From Armatimonadota bacterium (GTDB taxonomy: Bacteria; Armatimonadota; SYMT01), in assembly GCA_041690135.1 (NCBI GenBank), contig JAWLHY010000018.1, forward strand, positions 106,683 to 170,682: a stretch of 64,000 nucleotides of DNA, read 5' to 3'. Both the position numbers and the translations under genes were made by a program. This document shows, one piece after another, positions 9,588-17,721 of this stretch. How positions within the stretch are numbered: position 1 is the first letter of the stretch; each line of letters starts with the position of its first letter. The notes beneath the pieces are model-generated. The model was not told the origin of the DNA. It searched no databases and saw nothing but the letters and a program-made list of their open reading frames with translations.

Positions 9588-12500
9588 CTACGCCAACTCT
9601 GCTCCATCGACTGCTGGCTCGGCTTTCTTTCCTTCTTCTACCTGGGCGCGCAGATAGGCGAGGATGAAGGGATCGATCATGCCGTCTTTCAGCACGGTAT
9701 CGGGACGGCCGGTGCGGGTATCGGTCCGCGGGTCGCGCACGGAAGGGTGACGCCCGGTGCTGTAGGTTCGTACGACCTCCGAAAGCGCCGTCTCTTCGCT
9801 CGCCATCTGGGCGGGGGAAGACAGCAGTCCGCCCAAAACAGAGCGGACGGCCTCCGGGCTCGGATCTTCCAACGGCTCATGCACGGCGTAAACCCGGACC
9901 CTCGCCAGATTCCGCTGCCGGGCTTCACCGTTGTTCTCGGTGAAGCGGTGGAGTCCTTCCTCGCTCCGTAGAAACTCGTAGACGTGCGTTCCCCGGACGT
10001 AAAGTGATGGCCCTCGGTCCGCCATGCCGTTCCCCGCCCGCGAAGGGTTCTCGGCGTCCGGGATCTCCAGCAAGTGACACTCGTAACCCTTACGCTCTGC
10101 CCACTGGCGGTACATTCTCGCGAGGCGTGCCGCCCACGGTTCGGCCTCCGCACCTAACGGCAGAATCCGGATGAGGGCCCGGTCGTTCCGCTCGCCGACC
10201 GCGGTGGCCGCCATCTCGATCTCCAGGTAGGTCAGGTCGTCGCCAAGGCGGCTCACCGCTTCGGAACATTCGAGGAGTTCCCGGCGGTCCTTCTGCCGGC
10301 GCAATGCACCGGACTTTTCCTCCAGGCGCTCGACCCGCTCGAGGAGAACATCCACGCGACGCAGCACTCGCTCGATCCGGTACACCCGGCGCAGCAGGTC
10401 GCGCGCGGCCACGGGCTCGTCCCAAAAGCTGGGCTCGCGGGTCCGCTCCAGCAGGGTGGAGACCTCCTCCCGGAGACTCTCGCCTCTCCGGCCGTGTTGC
10501 AGGTCGTCGATGCGGGCATGCAGCCCGGCGAGGGTCTGCTGAATCTCGACCAACCCGGTTTCCAGGCGACGCTCGGACCGAGATAGGGTGGCGACAGGCG
10601 GTTCGGCTCCCGGTTCCGGTTCGATCCGGTTCAGGATCAACTCGATCTCGCCGTCGCGAAGCGTGAACCGCAGCAGGTGTTGGCTGGTCGCGCGCTGCTC
10701 CACCAGTACCTGCGCCAGTGGCAGGATGACGGCCCGCTCGATTTCCCGCTTGAGGGGGCGAGCGCCGTAAAGGGGATGGAAGCCACGCGCCGCCAGCCGA
10801 TCGATAACGGTGTCGTCGATCTCCACCAGCAGTTCGCGTCGTACGATCCCCTCTCGCATCAGGAGTTTCCCCAACTCGCGGCGGGTGATGCGGCGGATCG
10901 CCTCTTCGGATAGGGGGCGAAACGCCACGATCCGATCGATCCGGTTGAAGAATTCGGGTCGGAAGAAGGCTTCGGCCTCGCGGATGAAATGGGACTCCAG
11001 TTGATGAGGGTTGCCCGTGCCCTCGGCGAAGCCCAGAGGCCGGAGTTGGCGTTGACCGGCCCCGAGGTTCGAGGTCATGACCACGATCGCATTGCGGAAA
11101 TCAGCGGTACGGCCCCCGGCGTCGGTGAGCCGTCCTTCACCCAGGACGCTCAGCAGCACGTCGAAGACCTCCGGGTGGGCCTTTTCGATCTCGTCGAGCA
11201 AGACCACGCAGAACGGCTGCTCGCGCACCTTCCGGGTCAGTTCTCCGGCTTCGGCCTTCCAGGCAGACCCAATAAGACGCGGCACGGCATCCAGCGAAGA
11301 GTACTCGCTCATGTCGAAGCGCAGCATGCGATCCCGGCTGCCGAAGAGGTACTCCGCCAGCACCTTCGCCATTTCCGTTTTGCCGACGCCGGTAGGCCCG
11401 ACGAAGAAGAAGCTCCCCAGCGGCTTCTGCGGATCGTTCAACCCGGCCTTCAGAACGGTGACCAACCCGGTCATGGCCTCCACGGCATCCGGTTGGCCGA
11501 GCAGCCGATCCTCGAAATGCGCGCGAACCTCCGCCACCGGAAGCGGGACCTCATCGGAGAGCAGAAACTCCGGCAGGCCGGTGGAACGTGCGAACCCCCG
11601 GATGGCTTCGGTGCGGCCCAATTCGCGGGGTGCACCCTCGCCGCCCGCACCGGCGGCCAGATCGCTGGTAAGCTGGTCCAGATAGCGGACTGCCTTGCCG
11701 GGGAACGCACGGTAAGGGAGATAACGGCGGGTGAGATCACAAATACTCGTCAGTGCGGCTGGCTGAATCTTGACCGGCAATTCCTGTTCCAGGCGTAGCG
11801 CGGTAGCCTGCAGAATGGCGAGGGTATCCGCTTCGCCGGTTTCGGACACCTCGATCTTCCGGAAGGCGTGAATGAAGCTGGGCTCGCGTCGCAGTTCGGC
11901 GGCGTAAGCTTCGGGCGAACACTCGCAAATCAGCGTGATCTCCCGGCTCTCCATGTATGGTCGCAAATACCGGCCGAGGTTGCTGTCGCTATCCTCGCAG
12001 CGACCGGCGTTCAGGATCTCGTTCGGATCCCCCATGTAGACGATCTGGCGCCCCCGGGAGACCTGACGCACGAGAGCCTGTGCTCGACCCTGCCATTCGC
12101 CGTAGTACTTCATCCCGGCAATCAGGTTGTTGCCGGTCACGCTCCAGAGGGCGCGGTCGCGGAGCGCCTCCGGGACCTCTCCCCTGCTCAGCCGGCGGGC
12201 CAACTCGTTGACCAGGGCCGTTTTCCCGGCGTCCGGAGGGCCTACCAGCAGCAGCCCGCCGCAGCGTCCGGAAGCCAGCGCGGTGAGCATCCGGTCCAGT
12301 AGCTCCTCGCGGCGGTCCGCACCGCCCAGCCGCCCACCGGCCGCCTGAGCGGTGAGGTCCGTGCCGCAGATGGTGAGGACATCTTCCCCCTCCTCCTGGT
12401 CCGAGTCAGAGAGGTCAGCGTCATCATCGTCTTCATCCTCCTCGCCGGGAGATGGGGCGGGTAAGGCCAGCGTGATGGCTTCCAGTGAGTCCGGTTCCGC

Positions 12501-12947
12501 CTGGTTCAGCCGGAAGAGCTTTGCAGGCTTGCATGCCGCCAGTTGTTCCGTGAGATGGCGCCGTGCCTCCGGCTCAACCCGGTCGCGGTCCGGAACGAGG
12601 AGCTGCAGGCGTTTGAAGTCGGGAGCCGTGACGAGATAGAGACTGTCCTCGCCGCGGGGTTGGCGGGCGACCAGCAGCGTTACCGGAACCTGGCAGCGTT
12701 TCCCCTTCTCCCCGCCGGGAAGCGCTGCATCGAGGTGGAGCGTGCGGAGCTCCAACTCCGGATGGAGTTGGAGTTGGCCCCAACTGGAGCGATCCCGCCA
12801 GCGGATCTGATCGTCCAGCTCGCTCCGGATTGCCCGGAGCGCGGTTTCGCGGTCCGGTTCGAAAGCGGTGACGTTGGGAATACCGACCACCTCGGCGTAG
12901 ACCCCACCGGAACGGGGACGGAGTAGAACGTAGAGCTGGAGATCCAT
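9588..12947 (-). CDS. ClpA/B-type AAA+ ATPase fused to a C-terminal release-factor-2-like (PCRF) region lacking GGQ
   Basis: Two Walker A motifs (GPPDAGKT, GPTGVGKT), RFDMSEY, VVLLDEIEKAHPEV, DFRNAIVVMTSNLG, FRPEFFNRID and YGARPLKREI. The C-terminus has RF2-like blocks EPSFWDEP, WAARLARMYRQWAERKGY, LRSEEGLHRF and VVRTY...VRDPRT...DPFILAYL. Confidence 0.88.
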   Translation of the reverse strand: MDLQLYVLLRPRSGGVYAEVVGIPNVTAFEPDRETALRAIRSELDDQIRWRDRSSWGQLQLHPELELRTLHLDAALPGGEKGKRCQVPVTLLVARQPRGEDSLYLVTAPDFKRLQLLVPDRDRVEPEARRHLTEQLAACKPAKLFRLNQAEPDSLEAITLALPAPSPGEEDEDDDDADLSDSDQEEGEDVLTICGTDLTAQAAGGRLGGADRREELLDRMLTALASGRCGGLLLVGPPDAGKTALVNELARRLSRGEVPEALRDRALWSVTGNNLIAGMKYYGEWQGRAQALVRQVSRGRQIVYMGDPNEILNAGRCEDSDSNLGRYLRPYMESREITLICECSPEAYAAELRREPSFIHAFRKIEVSETGEADTLAILQATALRLEQELPVKIQPAALTSICDLTRRYLPYRAFPGKAVRYLDQLTSDLAAGAGGEGAPRELGRTEAIRGFARSTGLPEFLLSDEVPLPVAEVRAHFEDRLLGQPDAVEAMTGLVTVLKAGLNDPQKPLGSFFFVGPTGVGKTEMAKVLAEYLFGSRDRMLRFDMSEYSSLDAVPRLIGSAWKAEAGELTRKVREQPFCVVLLDEIEKAHPEVFDVLLSVLGEGRLTDAGGRTADFRNAIVVMTSNLGAGQRQLRPLGFAEGTGNPHQLESHFIREAEAFFRPEFFNRIDRIVAFRPLSEEAIRRITRRELGKLLMREGIVRRELLVEIDDTVIDRLAARGFHPLYGARPLKREIERAVILPLAQVLVEQRATSQHLLRFTLRDGEIELILNRIEPEPGAEPPVATLSRSERRLETGLVEIQQTLAGLHARIDDLQHGRRGESLREEVSTLLERTREPSFWDEPVAARDLLRRVYRIERVLRRVDVLLERVERLEEKSGALRRQKDRRELLECSEAVSRLGDDLTYLEIEMAATAVGERNDRALIRILPLGAEAEPWAARLARMYRQWAERKGYECHLLEIPDAENPSRAGNGMADRGPSLYVRGTHVYEFLRSEEGLHRFTENNGEARQRNLARVRVYAVHEPLEDPSPEAVRSVLGGLLSSPAQMASEETALSEVVRTYSTGRHPSVRDPRTDTRTGRPDTVLKDGMIDPFILAYLRAQVEEGKKAEPAVDGAELA

Positions 12948-13057
12948 AGCAGTGTTGGGGAATGCAACCGTTGGGAGTGGTCGTTACAGGTTCGATCCGG
13001 CAGTGCCTTATGCCTTCAGGCGGCTCCCATGCCAACCGTTCTTCCACGGGGCGCATT

Positions 13058-13085
13058 CTATGGATATCCTGCTATGGATATCCTG
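13058..13085. repeat. Perfect 14-bp tandem duplication (CTATGGATATCCTG x2)
   Basis: Read directly from the sequence. Each unit contains the palindrome GGATATCC and an ATG. Confidence 0.9.
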
Positions 13086-13748
13086 ATGGGAACTTCCCGG
13101 TTCCGGCGGAGGCCGGCGGAGGACAGCGCGATGTTGATGTGGATTTCCGGGTTCCTGCTGGTGCCCACCTTTCAAGATTGGTGCGGGATTCCTCTCCTGG
13201 TGGTGGGTACGGCGTTGTTGTTCTTATGGGGCACCCAATGGAGGCGCCCGGAGGGAGTGGCCAGCCTGGGGGCGACGCGTGCCTGGATCGTGGGGTTGGG
13301 TGCCGAGGAACTGCTGGTAGGAGCCCTTACAGGATTGCCCGCCGGAATCTCCACCGCATGGCCATGGTTTCTGGCGATCCCTATTCCGTGGTGGGTGGGG
13401 CCCGCACTGCTCCTTTTCGGACTTTCGCTGTTGGCTGCCGCGGCTATTGAGGTGATGCCGCCTGAGTGGCTGCTGCCGGTGCGCGGCCGCTGGGCGCGCC
13501 TCCTGGGCGCCTGCCTCGGAACGATAGCCCTGTTCGCGGTGAGCCCCTGCTGGGTCTTCCTGGCGCTCCTCTGGAAGGGCGCCCCCTGGACCCTCGATCC
13601 GGTCCAGCTGCTTGCGGCGCGGGCGGCCACCCTGGTCCTGGGAACGGTTGTTCTGTTGTATACGGGGAGCTTCGTGAGGGCCTTTCACGCCGTGGGAGCG
13701 CGCCACCCCTTCCGCACCCCTCCAGGCGGCCTGGCGGTAGGATCTTAA
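13074..13748 (+). CDS. Hypothetical multi-pass membrane protein
   Basis: ORF with about six hydrophobic segments. Start uncertain (13029, 13074 or 13131). Confidence 0.55.
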   Translation: MDILMGTSRFRRRPAEDSAMLMWISGFLLVPTFQDWCGIPLLVVGTALLFLWGTQWRRPEGVASLGATRAWIVGLGAEELLVGALTGLPAGISTAWPWFLAIPIPWWVGPALLLFGLSLLAAAAIEVMPPEWLLPVRGRWARLLGACLGTIALFAVSPCWVFLALLWKGAPWTLDPVQLLAARAATLVLGTVVLLYTGSFVRAFHAVGARHPFRTPPGGLAVGS

Positions 13749-13780
13749 GGGGTGTGCCAGCCGCTCGTCGCTCGCGTTGC

Positions 13781-14518
13781 TCAGTCGTCCGACAGGTTCC
13801 GGCGCTCGCTTGAGTCGCGCTGGGGTCGTGGAATTTCACGGTCACGGATCAGCCGAGAGAGGGATGAACCTCCGGGCAGGCCCCGGGTTCCGTTCTGCAG
13901 GGCACGATCCACTCCACTCCAGGTCTCCCCCGGCACATCCGGGACGGGTCCGCGTGAAGAGGTGGGCCAGCGCCCATGCTTTCGGTAGTAGGCCTCGGCC
14001 CAGTTGAAAATAGCCTCTTCGGAGAGGGGCGCGCGCGTGGCCGACCCCGAGACTCCTCGCTCCTCCGCCAGGAGGCGGGCCAGGGACTTGCCTCCGGGAA
14101 GTCCCCGCAAGCCCTGGCTGAGGGCTCGATCCACTCCGGACCAGCTTTCTCCCGCCGTACTCGGGATAGGCCCGCTGGAAACCGTGGGGTACCGCCCGTT
14201 TTCCACGCGGTAGGCGTCCGCCCAGGCAAGAATTTGTTCAATCGTCAAGGGCGGACGCGGCGGCCGTACCTTCCGTCCCATCCGGTCCGCGAGGAGACGG
14301 GCCAACGAGGACCCTCCCGGTAAACCGCGTCCGCCGTACTGGAGCGCGGCATCGACGCCACGCCAGGTCAGCTCCGGCGCTTCCTCAACCGGCGCGGCAG
14401 TCGCCGTGGGCCACTTGCCGGTGCGCCGATGGTGGGCCTCCGCCCAGGACAGGACTTCTTCTTCTGTCAACTGACGCTTGGGAACGGCAGTTCGGTTAGG
14501 AACGCGTTCGTCACTCAT
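13781..14518 (-). CDS. Hypothetical protein of three tandem 74-aa repeats
   Basis: L(T/S)xExIxxWAxA...G(R/K)(W/Y)PT...P...W(S/R)GVDxAL..G.RGLPGGxSLxRL occurs three times. Confidence 0.85.
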   Translation of the reverse strand: MSDERVPNRTAVPKRQLTEEEVLSWAEAHHRRTGKWPTATAAPVEEAPELTWRGVDAALQYGGRGLPGGSSLARLLADRMGRKVRPPRPPLTIEQILAWADAYRVENGRYPTVSSGPIPSTAGESWSGVDRALSQGLRGLPGGKSLARLLAEERGVSGSATRAPLSEEAIFNWAEAYYRKHGRWPTSSRGPVPDVPGETWSGVDRALQNGTRGLPGGSSLSRLIRDREIPRPQRDSSERRNLSDD

Positions 14519-15078
14519 TGCATTTTTCCGGTGTGGGCTCAGCCCCTCCGCGCGCGGCGGAGACAGCCGGTCTGACAACCCAAAGGTTACAGAATTCTTC
14601 CTTAGGGTAACGGTTTGCTTGGTGGATTGGCAACTAGAGTTCCGTGTGATACGGGCACGATTTTCGGTGCGATAGATTGAATTCTTTTATCCTACTCCAT
14701 CATTGAAGGGTCATGCTATAAACTTGGGAAATGTAATTGGAGATGCAGTCATCCCAGGCACGCCAATGCCTTGGGACAGTGCCGGAATGCTAATGCTCCA
14801 TATAGAGCTTTTCAATAAGAATAGTTGGCATGTGCTCGCTTTGCAAGTTGGCAGGGGCTAATTCCATCCAATGGTGGGGCCAGCGCACCCGTCCCCATTC
14901 GGGACACCGCTACCCCCTTGGGGAGGGCACGGGGAGACCGGTCCCGAACGTAGCGGGGAAGTTCTTGCGTTACGGACACGGGATGTGAGCCTACGAGAAG
15001 GTTGGAGGGAGCAGAGCCCCTCCTCACTTGCCGGAAGTCGCTCCGGATCGCCGTTCCGCAGATCGGGGTTTCAAGCAG

Positions 15079-16353
15079 ATGCGTGAAAGATGGGTCCTTT
15101 CTCTGGTGATGCTGCCGGTGATCGGTGCGGCCGCGTTGGTACCGGTGAGTGCGCCGAACGCGGCGCCCGGTGGAATTACCTGGCGCAAGCAGGTGCTCGA
15201 CCGGAAGTTCCGCGCGGAGGGAGCGGCGGCCGCGGATGTCAACCGGGACGGGAAAATGGATGTCTTCGCCGGCAACTTCTGGTATGAGGCGCCGGACTGG
15301 AAACCGCACGCTATCCGTCCCGCTAAAGAGTTTGAGCCCGCGACAGGCTACAGCAACTGCTTCCTCACGTTCGCGGAAGACGTGGATCGGGATGGTTGGA
15401 CCGATCAACTGGTGATCGGTTTTCCGGGGGACAAGTCACTCTGGTACCGCAACCCCGGCCGGAGCGGAAGTGAGTGGACGGAGCACCTGGTTGCGGAGAG
15501 TGCCTGCAACGAGAGCCCCATCTACGCGGATCTGAACGGGGATCGGCGACCGGAGCTGATTACGCCTTACAAGGAATCCCGAATGGCTTACTACCAGCCC
15601 GGTAAGAAACCGCTGGAGCGATTCGAGCAGTTCCTGATCGGGTCGGAGAACGGGCCGGGCACCAAGAAGTTTTCACACGGCCTGGGGGTCGGCGACATCG
15701 ATGGGGACGGCGCTCCGGACATCCTCTGCTCCGAGGGGTTTTACCGGAATCCCGGTTACGAGGCTCGACCCCGGCGCAACCTGTTCTCACGTTTGTTCGG
15801 AGCGGATCCGAAGCCCGGGCGAAAGATCAAGCCAGGTGCATGGGAGTTCGTTCCCGCCGCTCTCGGGCCGGCGTGCGCACAGATGTACACCCACGACTTC
15901 GACCGTGACGGCGACATGGATGTCATCAGCAGCTCGGCGCACGCCGTGGGCGTGTGGTGGTACGAGCAGCGGCCGGGAAAGAAATCCGGGCATCCGGAGT
16001 TCGTTCAGCACACCATCGACGATACCTTTTCGCAGACCCACTCCCTGATGCCGGCGGATATCAATGGCGACGGACAGGTGGATTTCGTGACGGGCAAACG
16101 CTGGTGGGCCCATGGCCCGAAGGGCGATGTGAACCCGAACGATCCCGCGGTTCTCTACTGGTTCGAATTCCGCACGACCCGCAGAAGGGGGAAAGACGTT
16201 CCGGCACGCGTGGAATGGAAGCGCCACCTGATCGATAGCGATTCAGGGGTCGGCACCCAGTTCAGTGTCGCTCACATGAACCGGGACCGCCGCCCCGACC
16301 TGGTGATCTCCAACAAGAAGGGGGTCTTCGTCTTTACGCAGGAGTCCCGATGA
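15079..16353 (+). CDS. FG-GAP/VCBS repeat secreted protein
   Basis: Signal peptide plus repeated DxNxDGxxD motifs (DVNRDGKMD, DVDRDGWTD, DLNGDRRPE, DIDGDGAPD, DFDRDGDMD, DINGDGQVD). Confidence 0.88.
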   Translation: MRERWVLSLVMLPVIGAAALVPVSAPNAAPGGITWRKQVLDRKFRAEGAAAADVNRDGKMDVFAGNFWYEAPDWKPHAIRPAKEFEPATGYSNCFLTFAEDVDRDGWTDQLVIGFPGDKSLWYRNPGRSGSEWTEHLVAESACNESPIYADLNGDRRPELITPYKESRMAYYQPGKKPLERFEQFLIGSENGPGTKKFSHGLGVGDIDGDGAPDILCSEGFYRNPGYEARPRRNLFSRLFGADPKPGRKIKPGAWEFVPAALGPACAQMYTHDFDRDGDMDVISSSAHAVGVWWYEQRPGKKSGHPEFVQHTIDDTFSQTHSLMPADINGDGQVDFVTGKRWWAHGPKGDVNPNDPAVLYWFEFRTTRRRGKDVPARVEWKRHLIDSDSGVGTQFSVAHMNRDRRPDLVISNKKGVFVFTQESR

Positions 16354-17717
16354 GCCACGGAATCACCTCAACCGACCCTCACCCCGGAAGCCCGCGCCGC
16401 GGCTTCCTCGCCTGGTGGCACGGAGTTCCGCTCTATCTGCGAATTCTCGGTGCGCTGCTGTTGGGGGTGCTGGTCGGCGCCGTGATCCAGCAGACCGCGG
16501 GGGAAGCCGCTGAAGGCTATGCCCGTGCCCTGGAAGAGCCGAGTAAGCTGATTCTGCGGGTGCTAGGTGCGCTCGCACCGCCGCTCATTCTGGTGGCGAT
16601 CATCCATGCGTTGATGACGGCGGAACTCGGCGGAAACCGGGCGGCACGAATGGCGGGGCTTCTGATTCTGAACACCCTTGTCGCCATCATCATCGGCCTG
16701 TTCGTCGCCAATCTCATTCGGCCGGGCCAACACGCCCGCTTGACGCCGGAGCGAGCCCCGACCCTGGCGGAGCGGGCTACTGATCCGGAAGAGCGCCGCA
16801 ATCTGGAGTTCCTCGAGAAGTACGGCTTCCGGCCGTCCGCCGCCGAGCGCAGGGATCCCCTCTCGCAGTTCCTCGATAACGTTCCGGACAGCCTGCTGCG
16901 GCCGCTGGTGGAAACCAATAAGGTCATCGGCGTCATTTTCGTAGCGGTGGCGTTCGGGATCGCGCTGCGGAGTCAGCGTCGCCGAAAACTGGAGACGGTG
17001 GAAGACCTGGTCGACGTGGCCTTCCAGTCGCTGCTGGTCGTCCTCCATTGGGTCATCCAGGTGGTGCCGTTGGGGGTGTTCGGCATTGTCGCCGCTATCG
17101 TGGCGAAATCGGGGTTCGCGCCCTTCGCCGCCCTGGGCGCCTTCATTCTCTCCGTGCTGCTGGCGCTGACCCTGCAAGCCGTCTACTACCTGGTGCGGGT
17201 GCGGTTCGCCTCGTGGGTTAATCCGCTGGACCTGATTCGCGGTACGCGCGACGCCCTGGTGATGGCATTCTCCACCGCCAGTTCCACGGCGACGATGCCT
17301 GTCACCTATGAATGCCTGCGGGACAAAGTGAAGATCCGGGAAGAGTCCGCCAGCATGGGGGCGCTCGTGGGGGCGAATTTCAACAACGATGGGACGGCTC
17401 TCTACGAGGCGATGTCGGCCTTGTTCATCTCGCAGATGCTGGGGATGAACCTGCCGCTCGAAAAGCAGATCATCGTGGTGCTGACTTCGGTAGTCGCGTC
17501 GGTGGGTGCGGCCGGCATCCCCGAGGCCGGCCTGGTAACCATGACCCTGGTGTTCAAGTCCGTGGGGCTACCGACGGAGTACATCGCCCTGTTAATTACC
17601 GTGGACTGGTTCCTGGACCGCTGCCGCACCGCCATCAACGTGATGGGCGACACCAACGTGAGCTGTATCCTCGACGGCAAAGTCTCGCCGAAAGCGGCCG
17701 GTGCCATGACGGATTAG
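16350..17717 (+). CDS. Dicarboxylate/amino acid:cation symporter (DAACS family)
   Basis: AFSTASSTATMP, GANFNNDGTALY, SVGAAGIP and DWFLDRCRTAINVMGD. Overlaps the upstream stop (ATGA). Confidence 0.93.
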   Translation: MSHGITSTDPHPGSPRRGFLAWWHGVPLYLRILGALLLGVLVGAVIQQTAGEAAEGYARALEEPSKLILRVLGALAPPLILVAIIHALMTAELGGNRAARMAGLLILNTLVAIIIGLFVANLIRPGQHARLTPERAPTLAERATDPEERRNLEFLEKYGFRPSAAERRDPLSQFLDNVPDSLLRPLVETNKVIGVIFVAVAFGIALRSQRRRKLETVEDLVDVAFQSLLVVLHWVIQVVPLGVFGIVAAIVAKSGFAPFAALGAFILSVLLALTLQAVYYLVRVRFASWVNPLDLIRGTRDALVMAFSTASSTATMPVTYECLRDKVKIREESASMGALVGANFNNDGTALYEAMSALFISQMLGMNLPLEKQIIVVLTSVVASVGAAGIPEAGLVTMTLVFKSVGLPTEYIALLITVDWFLDRCRTAINVMGDTNVSCILDGKVSPKAAGAMTD

Positions 17718-17721
17718 AAGG

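Noticed and set aside
9588-10500. Genuine prfB (RF2) gene fused by misassembly or frameshift
   Set aside because: No SPF, no GGQ and no CTTTGA frameshift site. The frame is continuous with the ATPase and too divergent to be the housekeeping RF2.
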